A stretch of DNA of 63,384 nt, filler included, from Craspedostauros australis (GCA_030167865.1; 17 parts of 17 records of this genome joined end to end with filler, not necessarily neighbours in it); one strand, 5' to 3'; shown: positions 49,421 through 62,944, counted from the whole stretch's first letter. Translations and numbers: made by a program. Notes: generated by a model from the sequence alone, not told the origin.

Positions 49421-49721
49421 GATAGTACGAGTACAATAGGATACTTTGCAGCCTTACTCCGAATAATTATAATGCGTTGGTGGAGCATGGGCGTACTCGA
49501 TGCATTTGTACTCGTGCTCGTGGCACAGAATAAGGGAGATGGTTGGTTGATCAGTTGATTGATTGGTTGATTGGGAAGTGTTCGCTTGTGATGTGTTGTG
49601 GTTGGTGAGAAGTATGGAATGTCTAGATCGTATGAGTATGGCTGGTCCATCAACAACAAGCGAAAGCCGTCCACAGAACCTATCTGCGCCATATCGCGAT
49701 TTCGCGCCGCTCCAAACATTC

Positions 49722-50315
49722 TCATACCCTCGGCACGACAGCATCCAGAAAGATCTTCTTCGCAACGACTGTCTTGTCCATGGTGAAGAAGGACACATCC
49801 CGGAACGTGGCCAACGGTCCTCACGAGGCCTCCAGGTACCCCAGCAGACCAACTTTGGCCATGATGCCCGTGGTGGCCGTGATGTCCATGATGCTTGTGG
49901 TGGCAGGCCATCGCTTGCCCTTGTATTCTGTCTTCAGGATTTCTTCGAGTCTGTCCCCACCATTGGCTTGTTCATCGTGCTGCATATTGTATTGACGAAT
50001 GACATTGGCCAGACAGTAGACGTATTGGATGGCCTGATTGGTGCCCTGTCCAAGGAACGGCGGCATGGCGTGCGCCGCATCACCGCAGACAATCAAGACG
50101 GCGGCCCTATCCGCATCTACGCCTTTGCAAGTGCTTCCATTGCAGTTGCCGCTGCAGCTGCAGTCGCCGTTGCGGTTGCCAGTGGTGCCCATCATCACCT
50201 TGGTCCATCGCGCAAAGGGATTGTGGAGGTGGATCCCCAACTCGAAGAAACGATCGGCATTGTCGATGAGTCGATCGATGATGGGCCTTGTGGTGTGCGT
50301 GGGGATCTTGGCATC
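49722..50315 (-). pseudogene. FAD-dependent monooxygenase (FAD_binding_3) C-terminal fragment with a premature stop
   Basis: CGDAAHAMPPFLGQGTNQAIQ motif with Y where D is expected. In-frame TGA at 49823-49821 is followed by GPLATFRDVSFFTM...VPRV*. Small internal duplication ATTSIM/ATTGIM. Confidence 0.7.
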
Positions 50316-50415
50316 NNNNNNNNNNNNNNNNNNNNNNNNNNNNNNNNNNNNNNNNNNNNTTAATTAATTAANNNNNNNNNNNNNNNNNNNNNNNNNNNNN
50401 NNNNNNNNNNNNNNN

Positions 50416-51789
50416 AATTGCGACAGCGCAATGTGACTACGATGAACTGTCGAAGCAGGAAAAGAGCGAGCTGATCAGGGACGTTCTTCCGCAGTGTCAG
50501 CCACAAGAGGGATCACCACCCAACACATTCACGCCATCTCAGTTGGCGGAGTTGAAGGATGCTCTGCCTGGATTCCACTGTCAATCTGCTTTCGACCAGA
50601 AGATTGCGCAGGATCGACACACAGAGCAGCACACAGAGCAACAAGACGTTGACCATGTCAAGCCAGTGGAGGGCAGCGTTGGCAACTCTCAAGATGGTTC
50701 TGATCATGACAGGCAAAACAACAAGCAGGTCACCATCACAGATTCTGCATTCTTTGAACCGGATTCATCCCTTCCAGCAACACAACCAGGTGCTGACGAG
50801 GTGCTTGGCTGGCATGGCGCACCGCGCTTTCATCGAGAGGCGCAGTTGGCCAGAGACTTCCGAAGTCGAGTGCGTTCTGGTGCATTCACTGCACCAACCA
50901 ACGGAGTCTGTCCTGGATTCATGCAGTGTAATCTGGTGGTTCTTCCGGAAGGCAAGCACGCATTCGACTTCTTGCTGTTCTGTCAACGCAATCCGCGAGC
51001 CTGTCCGTTGGTGGAGGTGTGCGATGTTGGATCGCCACATCCTCACGGCCTTGCGAAGGGCGCAGATCTGCGCACGGACGTTCCAAAGTGAGTAAACTCT
51101 CCACAGGACTGTTTTGTCGCATACATCCACGTTTATTGTTGGTTACGCGTGCATGTGTGGATAGACTAATGCTTCCTACGCACAGCCCTCCACCCATCAT
51201 CCTCACATCTCTATCTCCTCCCTCGCTCACCTATCTGTCCACCCGCTAACCCACTGGTTCCAGGTACGCAATCTATCGCGATGGGAAGCTGGTGAAGGAG
51301 GTTACTGATGCCACAGAAGACTGGCCGGAGAGGTCGGTGGCCTTCCTCATCGGATGCAGCTTCAGCTACGATGGCGCGTTGCTCGATGCCGACATCCCGC
51401 TGCGAAGTGCCGAACAGGGCAAGAATGTCCCCATGTACAACACCAGCCTCAAGTGCCGATCATCTGGTTCGTTGAATGGAACCATGGTCGTGTCGATGAA
51501 GCCGATCCCTGCACTCAAGATCTCCAAGCACATCGAGATCACATCGAAGTACACCCACGCCCACGGAGGTCCTGTGTGCGTTGGCAGCGCGGAGGCCATC
51601 GGCGTGAAGGACATTGCGAAGCCAGAATGGGGAGATGCAGTCGACATCCGTGCGGATGAAGTGCCTGTGTTTCACGCATGCGGTGTGACGCCACAGAGCA
51701 TCCTCATGCAGTCGAAGGTCCCATTCGCCATCACGCACAGCGCCGGCCACATGTTCGTCACGGATTTGCCGTCGGACATGGGATTGTAG
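50416..51789 (+). CDS. D-glutamate cyclase/YcsI (DUF1445)-family protein, 5'-truncated; intron 51088-51263 (allele 1)
   Basis: QCNLVVLP..HAFDFLLFCQRNPRACPL, DLRTDVPK|YAIYRDG, FLIGCSFS, NVPMY, AHGGPV, CGVTPQ and ITHSAGHMFVTD. Confidence 0.9.
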
Positions 51790-52093
51790 GATGGATGGAA
51801 TGCCGTCAGCATGGACGCTGCTCTGATGCAAAGATTAATAGAAACTGGAACGTAGACCATCCACCCACATACGAGTACAAGCGCGCATTTGCAGGCATGG
51901 AGAGTGTTCAGTGTTTTGTGGTTTGTGTGGACTGAAACCGCTTATGTTTCGTTCTTTCGTGAACTACTCACGCGATTTCGTAGACAGATGTTCGACAGCC
52001 ACTACGGGCATGTGACGCTGAATCAATTGTACATACTATTGCTCGTAGTACTAGTAGCGGTGCTTCAGTATTACTCCCGCCATCTCTCTCTCT

Positions 52094-52627
52094 CTAGCTT
52101 TGCTGCAGTCGTTCGATCAACTCGGCCTTCTTCCCCGACACCTTCATGCCGCGCTCACGCAGCAGATCCTTCAGGGCNGGCACGGTCAACGACGAGTACG
52201 AGCTGCCCGTGCTGGGCGCAGACTTCTCGCTGCTGCCAGTCGCACGGGTGATGGTGCTCGACGTCGCCGCTACTTCCGCTCCCGTTTCTGTTTCCATGTC
52301 CATATTCATGTCCATTGCTGTTAGTAGTCCTGTGGATACTTCCGGCTTCGCTTGCGCACCAACCTGCGCTTCCACTTCTGCCAGAGTCTGGCTGATTCGG
52401 GATGCTGCTTCCTCCATGCCCAACGTGGTTGTAGGTTCCGACTCAAAGTCGAAGTCGTCTCCGAGCTGATCGAAGAAGTCGTCAATGCCGCCTGTAATAC
52501 CATCGTTGCCATTGGAGCCTGTGAATGGGTCAGAACTGCCCGCCAGGAAGTCCTCCACATCATTCTCAAGTTCCAAGGAGAATGCAGCTTCATCGTACGC
52601 ACCTGCGCCTTCTCCATCGCCAACACC
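52094..52627 (-). CDS. SAP-domain protein, C-terminal fragment (allele 1)
   Basis: YSSLTVxALKDLLRERGMKVSGKKAELIERL. Confidence 0.85.
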   Translation of the reverse strand, partial: GVGDGEGAGAYDEAAFSLELENDVEDFLAGSSDPFTGSNGNDGITGGIDDFFDQLGDDFDFESEPTTTLGMEEAASRISQTLAEVEAQVGAQAKPEVSTGLLTAMDMNMDMETETGAEVAATSSTITRATGSSEKSAPSTGSSYSSLTVXALKDLLRERGMKVSGKKAELIERLQQS

Positions 52628-52727
52628 NNNNNNNNNNNNNNNNNNNNNNNNNNNNNNNNNNNNNNNNNNNNTTAATTAATTAANNNNNNNNNNNNNNNNN
52701 NNNNNNNNNNNNNNNNNNNNNNNNNNN

Positions 52728-54101
52728 AATTGCGACAGCGCAATGTGACTACGATGAACTGTCGAAGCAGGAAAAGAGCGAGCTGATCAGGGACGTTCTT
52801 CCGCAGTGTCAGCCACAAGAGGGATCACCACCCAACACATTCACGCCATCTCAGTTGGCGGAGTTGAAGGATGCTCTGCCTGGATTCCACTGTCAATCTG
52901 CTTTCGACCAGAAGATTGCGCAGGATCGACACACAGAGCAGCACACAGAGCAACAAGACGTTGACCATGTCAAGCCAGTGGAGGGCAGCGTTGGCAACTC
53001 TCAAGATGGTTCTGATCATGACAGGCAAAACAACAAGCAGGTCACCATCACAGATTCTGCATTCTTTGAACCGGATTCATCCCTTCCAGCAACACAACCA
53101 GGTGCTGACGAGGTGCTTGGCTGGCATGGCGCACCGCGCTTTCATCGAGAGGCGCAGTTGGCCAGAGACTTCCGAAGTCGAGTGCGTTCTGGTGCATTCA
53201 CTGCACCAACCAACGGAGTCTGTCCTGGATTCATGCAGTGTAATCTGGTGGTTCTTCCGGAAGGCAAGCACGCATTCGACTTCTTGCTGTTCTGTCAACG
53301 CAATCCGCGAGCCTGTCCGTTGGTGGAGGTGTGCGATGTTGGATCGCCACATCCTCACGGCCTTGCGAAGGGCGCAGATCTGCGCACGGACGTTCCAAAG
53401 TGAGTAAACTCTCCACAGGACTGTTTTGTCGCATACATCCACGTTTATTGTTGGTTACGCGTGCATGTGTGGATAGACTAATGCTTCCTACGCACAGCCC
53501 TCCACCCATCATCCTCACATCTCTATCTCCTCCCTCGCTCACCTATCTGTCCACCCGCTAACCCACTGGTTCCAGGTACGCAATCTATCGCGATGGGAAG
53601 CTGGTGAAGGAGGTTACTGATGCCACAGAAGACTGGCCGGAGAGGTCGGTGGCCTTCCTCATCGGATGCAGCTTCAGCTACGATGGCGCGTTGCTCGATG
53701 CCGACATCCCGCTGCGAAGTGCCGAACAGGGCAAGAATGTCCCCATGTACAACACCAGCCTCAAGTGCCGATCATCTGGTTCGTTGAATGGAACCATGGT
53801 CGTGTCGATGAAGCCGATCCCTGCACTCAAGATCTCCAAGCACATCGAGATCACATCGAAGTACACCCACGCCCACGGAGGTCCTGTGTGCGTTGGCAGC
53901 GCGGAGGCCATCGGCGTGAAGGACATTGCGACGCCGGAATGGGGAGATGCAGTCGACATCCGTGCGGATGAAGTGCCTGTATTCCACGCATGCGGTGTGA
54001 CGCCACAGAGCATCCTCATGCAGTCGAAGGTCCCGTTCGCCATCACGCACAGCGCCGGCCACATGTTCGTCACGGATTTGCCGTCGGACATGGGATTGTA
54101 G
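52728..54101 (+). CDS. D-glutamate cyclase-family protein (allele 2); intron 53400-53575
   Basis: Near-identical to 50416-51789, with one K/T change (DIAKPE/DIATPE) and silent SNPs. Confidence 0.9.
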
Positions 54102-54411
54102 GATGGATGGAATGCTGTCAGCATGGACGCTGCTCTGATGCAAAGATAAATAGAAACTGGAACGTAGACCATCCACCCACATACGAGTACAAGCGCGCAT
54201 TTGCAGGCATGGAGAGTGTTCAGTGTTTTGTGGTTTGTGTGGACTGAAACCGCTTATGTTTCGCTCTTTCGTGAACTACTCACGCGATTTCGTAGACAGA
54301 TGTTCGACATAGCCACTACGGGCATGTGACGCTGAATCAATTGTACATACTATTGCTCGTAGTACTACTAGCGGTGCTTCAGTATTACTCCTGCCATCTC
54401 TCTCTCTCTCT

Positions 54412-54945
54412 CTAGCTTTGCTGCAGCCGCTCAATCAACTCGGCCTTCTTCCCCGACACCTTCATGCCGCGCTCACGCAGCAGATCCTTCAGGGCTGGCA
54501 CGGTCAACGACGAGTACGAGCTGCCCGTGCTGGGCGCAGACTTCTCGCTGCTGCCAGTCGCACGGGTGATGGTGCTCGACGTCGCCGCTACTTCCGCTCC
54601 CGTTTCTGTTTCCATGTCCATATTCATGTCCATTGCTGTTAGTAGTCCTGTGGATACTTCCGGCTTCGCTTGCGCACCAACCTGCGCTTCCACTTCTGCC
54701 AGAGTCTGGCTGATTCGGGATGCTGCTTCCTCCATGCCCAACGTGGTTGTAGGTTCCGACTCAAAGTCGAAGTCGTCTCCGAGCTGATCGAAGAAGTCGT
54801 CAATGCCGCCTGTAATACCATCGTTGCCATTGGAGCCTGTGAATGGGTCAGAACTGCCCGCCAGGAAGTCCTCCACATCATTCTCAAGTTCCAAGGAGAA
54901 TGCAGCTTCATCGTACGCACCTGCGCCTTCTCCATCGCCAACACC
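54412..54945 (-). CDS. SAP-domain protein, C-terminal fragment (allele 2)
   Basis: Same translation as 52094-52627. Confidence 0.85.
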   Translation of the reverse strand, partial: GVGDGEGAGAYDEAAFSLELENDVEDFLAGSSDPFTGSNGNDGITGGIDDFFDQLGDDFDFESEPTTTLGMEEAASRISQTLAEVEAQVGAQAKPEVSTGLLTAMDMNMDMETETGAEVAATSSTITRATGSSEKSAPSTGSSYSSLTVPALKDLLRERGMKVSGKKAELIERLQQS

Positions 54946-55622
54946 NNNNNNNNNNNNNNNNNNNNNNNNNNNNNNNNNNNNNNNNNNNNTTAATTAATTA
55001 ANNNNNNNNNNNNNNNNNNNNNNNNNNNNNNNNNNNNNNNNNNNNCTGCGAGTGGAGAAGAACTATTGTCACTTTGTTCTTTTGTGATGTCGGAACAGCA
55101 CCTTCCGAATACGAGCATGACCACGGTTCGACACACTCTCCCTTCTTATCGATCCATGTCCCTCACGACATCCAAACTCCCATCTTCACTTACGAACAAT
55201 GAAGCGATTTCTTCCGGAACCTCGGACAAATCTTTCCTTCCAACCCTTCTCATTGTTCCCGCAAGATCTGCAGAACCAACACCTCCATTGTCACACGTCG
55301 CCGCATCTTCTGCCACACCTGTTGCCACCACCACTGTCGACATCAACATCATCAGACCACACAACAAGCAATCACACGCGACACCCCCACCACATTTGAA
55401 ATTGAAAAAAGTCCTCGCCCAACTCACACAGCTCACACACAACACACACAACACACACAACACACAACGCTGCCATCTTCATCTTCGTCTCCGTCTCCGA
55501 GTCTCATAAAATTCGATTGACCAGCTTCAATCCACATCCTCATCTCGTGACAACAACAACACAAGTTGCTTTCACCATCAAACAAAACCAAACTAAATCA
55601 ATTCAATTTAAACACATTCAAG

Positions 55623-57121
55623 ATGACCGAAGTTGACTCAGGAGCTGCCGTAAGTTGAATGAAGCAAGTGGTCAACAAAGTGAATGAATGAATGCATGAA
55701 TGAATGAATGGATGAATGAATGAGCCAGTACTGGATTGGATTGGATCAAAGCGACAACGTGTGAGGTGCCTGATGCTCGACCATCTACTGTATTTCTCTA
55801 CTCGTACTGCAACTGCGACTACAACCGCAAATATCCGCTGATGACATTCCCTCACCTCATCTTCTGCATTCCCATCCGTCCATGCATGCATGCACACCAT
55901 CCACCCACATCATCTCCATCTCCAACAACAGGGCGAGTGGAAGAAGTACTCCACCTACGCCATCAACGTCGATCCGGACCAAGATGACAAGGGCTCGGAG
56001 ATCAAGCTTTGCAGCTTCGCCCGCCCACACATGCGAGCATTCCACTGCTCGTGGTGGGGCTTCTTCATCGCCTTCTTCATCTGGTTCGCCATCGCCCCAC
56101 TCCTCAGTGAGATCCGTGACGACCTCGGCCTGAGCAAGGAAGAAGTGTGGACATCCAGCATCGTCGGTGTCGGAGGAACCATCTTCATGCGCTTCGTCCT
56201 CGGACCAGGATGCGACAAGTTCGGTGCCCGCATCCTCTTCGCCATCGTCCTCTGCTTCGCCTCTGTCCCAACAGCCTGCACAGGATTTGTCCAGACCGCC
56301 ACAGGACTCGCCGTCCTCCGTCTCTTCATCGGTGTTGCCGGAGGTACCTTCGTCATGTGCCAGTACTGGGCCAGCCGAATGTTCACCAGAGAAGTCGTCG
56401 GAACCGCCAACGCCCTCTGCGGAGGATGGGGTAACCTCGGAGGAGGTGTCACCCAACTCGTCATGGGATCCGCCCTCTTCCCTCTCTTCAAGGAACTCTT
56501 CAACGGAGACTCCGAGCAGGCCTGGAGAACGGTCTCCGTCGTCCCAGCCATCGTCGCCTTCGCTTCCGGTGCCGCCATCTACTTGATCAGCGATGATGCC
56601 CCCAAGGGTAACTACAGCGAGATGAAGGCACACGGAGTCATGGCCGAGGTGAGCGCCGCCGCCTCCTTCCGCAGCGGAGCCACCAACTTCAACACTTGGG
56701 TGCTGTTCGTCCAGTACGCATGCTGCTTCGGAGTCGAGCTGACCATGAACAACGCCGCCGCTCTCTACTTCAAGGATGAGTTCGACCAGTCCACCGAATC
56801 TGCCGCCGCCATCGCCTCCATCTTCGGGTGGATGAACCTGTTCGCTCGCGGAGTCGGAGGCTTCCTCAGTGACAAGGCCAACGCCAGCATCGGAATGCGC
56901 GGACGCATCTGGGTCCAGACCATCCTCCTGTTCTGCGAGGGAGCTCTTGTGCTGGTCTTCGCCAACACTGGAACTCTCGGAGGTGCCATCGCCGTCATGG
57001 TCTTCTTCTCTCTGTTCGTCCAGGCCGCCGAGGGATCCACATACGGTATCGTCCCATACGTCGACCCACCGGCCACAGGATCCATCTCTGGAATCGTCGG
57101 AGCCGGAGGCAACTCTGGAGC
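55623..57121 (+). CDS. NRT2: High-affinity nitrate transporter (NNP/MFS); exons 55623-55649 and 55932-(>57121); 3'-truncated
   Basis: SFARPHMRAFHCSW, nitrate signature GGWGNLGGG, CFGVELT, FGWMNLFARG.GG and YGIVPYV...GIVGAGGN. A 27-nt first exon is followed by a GTAAGT...CAG intron. Confidence 0.95.
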
Positions 57122-57221
57122 NNNNNNNNNNNNNNNNNNNNNNNNNNNNNNNNNNNNNNNNNNNNTTAATTAATTAANNNNNNNNNNNNNNNNNNNNNNN
57201 NNNNNNNNNNNNNNNNNNNNN

Positions 57222-57692
57222 GATGGCGAACCAGATGAAGAAGGCGATGAAGAAGCCCCACCACGAGCAGTGGAATGCTCGCATGTGTGGGCGGGCGAAG
57301 CTGCAAAGCTTGATCTCCGAGCCCTTGTCATCTTGGTCCGGATCGACGTTGATGGCGTAGGTGGAGTACTTCTTCCACTCGCCCTGTTGTTGGAGATGGA
57401 GATGATGTGGGTGGATGGTGTGCATGCATGCATGGACGGATGGGAATGCAGAAGATGAGGTGAGGGAATGTCATCAGCGGATATTTGCGGTTGTAGTCGC
57501 AGTTGCAGTACGAGTAGAGAAATACAGTAGATGGTCGAGCATCAGGCACCTCACACGTTGTCGCTTTGATCCAATCCAATCCAGTACTGGCTCATTCATT
57601 CATCCATTCATTCATTCATGCATTCATTCATTCACTTTGTTGACCACTTGCTTCATTCAACTTACGGCAGCTCCTGAGTCAACTTCGGTCAT
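57222..57692 (-). CDS. NRT2: Redundant 5' part of NRT2 (57222-58269 = reverse complement of 55046-56093)
   Basis: Identical translation; the overlap runs to contig edges. Confidence 0.85.
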
Positions 57693-58813
57693 CTTGAATG
57701 TGTTTAAATTGAATTGATTTAGTTTGGTTTTGTTTGATGGTGAAAGCAACTTGTGTTGTTGTTGTCACGAGATGAGGATGTGGATTGAAGCTGGTCAATC
57801 GAATTTTATGAGACTCGGAGACGGAGACGAAGATGAAGATGGCAGCGTTGTGTGTTGTGTGTGTTGTGTGTGTTGTGTGTGAGCTGTGTGAGTTGGGCGA
57901 GGACTTTTTTCAATTTCAAATGTGGTGGGGGTGTCGCGTGTGATTGCTTGTTGTGTGGTCTGATGATGTTGATGTCGACAGTGGTGGTGGCAACAGGTGT
58001 GGCAGAAGATGCGGCGACGTGTGACAATGGAGGTGTTGGTTCTGCAGATCTTGCGGGAACAATGAGAAGGGTTGGAAGGAAAGATTTGTCCGAGGTTCCG
58101 GAAGAAATCGCTTCATTGTTCGTAAGTGAAGATGGGAGTTTGGATGTCGTGAGGGACATGGATCGATAAGAAGGGAGAGTGTGTCGAACCGTGGTCATGC
58201 TCGTATTCGGAAGGTGCTGTTCCGACATCACAAAAGAACAAAGTGACAATAGTTCTTCTCCACTCGCAGTGTTGGCAGGTACAAGCAACCGTGTGTGTCC
58301 AACGTCACAACCTCAACTTCTCGTCCAGGAACAGCACTTTGGAGTTGTGTGATGGAGGAACTCGACTCTCACTTGATTGTCGGAGGTTGAGGACGAGTTG
58401 GATGATGAGTTGGATGATGATGTCGAGGTGGACCCAAGAGAGAGGGGAGAACAATTGGCAACACCAACCTCGCTGCAGTCGTCCGAGGTATTCATGCAGA
58501 AGGTATCTTTTCGGCGGTTCACATCATTCTGCTTCCTGGAGGAATGGGAGAAACCACATACTCGACTCTTTGCTACACGAGCTATGACAGCACAGAATAC
58601 GAAGCAGCGTGACCAATTGTAAAACCAACGAGTACATGGCAGCATGGTATGGACGAGTACTCCGTTTGCGAGACGCATGGACTCGATCAGCAATGAAAGG
58701 AGGAAAGGAGCAAAGGAACAGATCCCAGCTCAAGTCCTCAGCACACTAAACATGGTGGAAGTGGCATTCGCAGATCAAGCATGTATGGTATTGTGCTGCA
58801 AAAACATTCACTA

Positions 58814-58959
58814 ATTATATATTGGTGTTTCTCTCTTGAGAGAAAGAGAGTGTGTGTAAGTGATTGTGCTTGTCTCGCAACCATTCATTATATATTGGTG
58901 TTTCTCTCTTGAGAGAAAGAGAGTGTGTGTAAATGATTGTGCTTGTCTCGCAACCATTC
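58814..58959. repeat. 73-bp tandem duplication (2 copies)
   Basis: ATTATATATTGGTG...CAACCATTC occurs twice with one visible mismatch. Confidence 0.9.
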
Positions 58960-61519
58960 CATTGGGCATGACGCATGCTTCGTGGCAGCATCCGGCTTTG
59001 TGGTCAAGAGGTGAGCGGTTGAGGAATGAGGCACTCGAAGAGACACACAACCTGTGTCCCGAAGAGAGCACAGCAGGATGCTGGAGTAGAATGGTAGAGT
59101 TGAGCACCATGGTCTCTGGAGAGTACGAGTACGATGCTTGTACGTACTAATATGATTGCACATCACACTTTGCTCTTGTACTGATGTACACAGGCCACAT
59201 CATGTCGCAGTTGTCCTCTGCAATTGTTGTCCTCCACAGTTGTGAATGTGTGTGCCATGTGACCATACTTGCAAAGGCATGGAGTGTTGATGTTGCGTCT
59301 GAAAGACAAAGAGACTGATGCAGAGTAGAGTGGTCGATCTGTGGAGCTTGCAGAGCCTGTCGGGTTCGTTCATTGATGCACCGCAATTGATGGCGGTGGC
59401 GACCACGTCATGGAGTGGGAGCTGTCGTGCCGATGGTTGTTGTGGATCGAAGGTGCGACAATGAGGTGATGGATCAGCTGGACCATCCGGAATCGGACGA
59501 GGACGAGTAGAGTGAAAACGTGTATTGACTGCAGCGCTTCCGCCAACGCATCATGTAAGGTTGGTGTGTCGCACGTTTTCGCACCAGTAAAGCAATCCTT
59601 TCGATACCACCATCGTAGATCGAAGGATAGAGAGAGTGCTCTGCTCGGGATGAGACCAGAACAGACCAGAACAAGAAGCATCTTGCGATCCCTTGCGTGT
59701 TCGTGCGTTGTCAATGGGGTGGATCCTCTCTTGGCGAGATCCAAAGATACCTTTTTGCAGACACCAACGTCACCAACACTGATGACGCTGATGTGGTGCG
59801 GAGGTTTGTCTGCGCTCTTGTTTTTGGTGTCANNNNNNNNNNNNNNNNNNNNNNNNNNNNNNNNNNNNNNNNNNNNTTAATTAATTAANNNNNNNNNNNN
59901 NNNNNNNNNNNNNNNNNNNNNNNNNNNNNNNNTCCAATTGCTCCCGATTGCCGATTGCGCGTCTGCGCGGAACTTAGCTTTGTTTCCGTTATTGGCATCT
60001 TCCGCTTCACTGTGGGCGTGGCCATTTGAACCACATGTATCGACCAGACATTGCACGAACGAGATTGTATCAACCGGACTGGTCATCGTGACGGTACTGG
60101 TGAGCGTCACTGCATCTGCGCGCAGAAGTTCCACTGTGCGGATCTGTGCTGACAAAAATGATGTCGGTCAATAGTCACAATTTTGGCGTTAGAACGACAC
60201 GTGCAATTTCCGTTATTGGATTCAGCAGGCCGACTGATCTTCCGATGGTCCCTATTTGAATTTTGTCGCACCTGCCCAAAGGTGTCTGTTGTGACCAAAT
60301 TCAGTCGTTGTTGGAATTCTTTGTGGTAACTCCTCGTTGGATTGTTTGGCCGCAAAATCTCCGCTGGTTGTTGTGGCGAGGTGACGAAAGGTGTTGTTGT
60401 TGTGCACAACAGGCCCTGGTCTGCACTGCAGCGCGCTTCGACGGCACGACGGTGCCATGATGGTGTTCAGAGCGGTGTTGTTTGCGATGTAGCACGCGGC
60501 CACACGAGACGCACAGATGATGACGCAAACGAAAACGTTGGCTGAAAGCGGAGAATGATTCAAAAACGATCAGTCTTCGGCGACCACATCCACAGAGCAC
60601 AACCACCGCGGAAGCACCTACTCTCTGCGTGCCTCCGTTGTCCCATACCAACATCAATTTTCGTTCTCACAAATCTCAAGGCCACTCCAGCTCAAACGCA
60701 GACGCAATCAACCACTCCCATCCCGCGACAGCAAGCAGCACGAACATCACGGTGAGTCACACCGCGCTGCGCCAGGCATAGCCGCCACACACGCACTTGC
60801 ACAGCACTATGCATACACGATGATACTGTATGTCGGAAGGTTGTTTTCATGTGATTGGATGCGGCGAATTCTATGATGCGGCTTGTGCACTGGAGCTGTG
60901 CCAGTGATGCGATCATGGACCGCAGGCAATACAACAAACCAAAGGGCCCATGGGCCTTCGGCATGGATCCGATCGAGAGCAACGCCAAGCACGTGGTCCA
61001 TTCCATGTGTCGTCTTGTATCTTCATCAAACAGAACGCGAAGACCGGGCGCAGGACGGCGCAACGCGAAAAACATGCAGAGGGTGGTGCCAGGATGACTT
61101 GGGAATAGTCATTCCCCAAGCGGTCCTCACCTCCGCTGGTCCACTGCGTTTTTTGTGTGCAAGCCGTTCACGGCAGCTCCTTCACTCATCGCGAGACGAG
61201 ATCCAGAGCGATGGATGATGTGCGATGCATCTGTGATACATCCGCGATGCGTGATCTCCCGCAATGCCAATCCAGTGGAGAACGCCGGAGCAAACTTGGC
61301 ATTTCGTCTCACATTTCTCTTCTTTTCCACATCTTTTCCTGCCATTCCGCCGCTATACCTTTGTCTACTGGCGTCTTCGGTCTACTCACTCGTGCGACAC
61401 GCATGGCACCGTGCACCTCGCCACAATGCAGACGCTTCAATATCTAATATCAGCCCCCTGTCCTCCCTCCACGTTAATCCATCAATACTCAACTCAGATA
61501 CCACGCACACACATCAACC

Positions 61520-61564
61520 ATGAAGTATCGCATCAGCTCGCTCGTTTTGGCGCACATCGCTGCC
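61520..61564 (+). CDS. Probable start of a signal-peptide-bearing gene (MKYRISSLVLAHIAA...), cut by the contig end
   Basis: CAACCATG context after a C/A-rich leader; MK followed by a hydrophobic run. Confidence 0.45.
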
Positions 61565-62944
61565 NNNNNNNNNNNNNNNNNNNNNNNNNNNNNNNNNNNN
61601 NNNNNNNNTTAATTAATTAANNNNNNNNNNNNNNNNNNNNNNNNNNNNNNNNNNNNNNNNNNNNGCCACCCTCACACGTCGCACGTTAGCTGTGCGTGGT
61701 CGTTGGTTTGATACTCATCATAATCTATCATGCTAATGTATTGCGCAATATTACTGTCTATTCTCTTGCACTCTGTTAGTTGTTGCTTTCTTGCGGGTGG
61801 AATATGGGCTGGACCTCATTGTGTACAGTATGCAGTAGGCCGTACTCTATCAACTCCACGAGTAGACAAGAGGAGTATGAGTACTCTGCCGTGACTGACT
61901 TGGTTGGTTGTCGTGTTTGGGTCTGTCCGACAAGAAGCGAGAGTCTATGAGTCTATTGTTCGACATTGTCATGTCATTCGCGATGATGTCATGATAGGCC
62001 TTTGAAAGAAGTCGAATGGTTCGAAGAAATGAGGCCGCGCCAGAAGGACAATCCAGACACAAAACCAGATGCCCAGTCGACCATCTGGAATTTGGTGACG
62101 CACACGCGCAGATGTTGGAGTCAACCATCACCACGCAGGGGCTGGCTTGTTGATCTGCCCACAGCGCAGAGAGATGGATGTGTGGATGAGTGGATGAGTG
62201 GGCGGCTGCATTGATGATGGCAGGGTGCATGAATGAAAGAATGAATAATGGACGCGGCCCAGGGAGAATGACCTCCCACAGAGGATGAAAGATACGCGGC
62301 GCAGAGTCCGAGTTGAACAAAGATGGAGCAAAGTGGTGCGCACTCGATGGTTCGTTACGGCATGGGGAACGCACGCAGGGGCAGGTGTACGTACCATCTA
62401 TCCCTTGTCATTCCGCGGCGCGATGGGATTTATTGCGGTGGCCCATGTGCTCGGAGGTCATTGCAATGGATTGGATCAGTTTACGACCCACTCCACTCCA
62501 CTATACTGCACTATACTGCACTATACTGCACTCTGCTTGAGTACGAATATGCCGTGATCCGTTTGGGTGGCGCAACAGACGATCTTGGATGTTGAGGATG
62601 GATGGGCATGGGAAGAGGAGGTGTCGCAGCTTGGGCAGATCTGATGGCAAACATTGACAAGCATGGAACACCGGAGCACAGCGAGTTGAGTCCAGGTACT
62701 CTGGCAAGCATCCAGATTATTGGCAGAGTGGAGCTGGGTGTTGCGGTTGCAGATTGGGAATTGATGCACTCTTGTATCGGTGCGACCACCATGGGATGAA
62801 CGCTTCCACATCACTGGGTGCGCTGCAGAAGTGCTGTGTCTCACGGGTAGAGAGGAGTATATAATATAGTATTATATTATAGTATTGTACAATAGAGTGC
62901 TATCCTCTTTTCTACTCTGGTAACTTTGCTCCGATGAGCCAGAT

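Noticed and set aside
58270..59832. Degenerate coding or TE remnant upstream of NRT2
   Set aside because: Short acidic frames with many stops and no identifiable motif.
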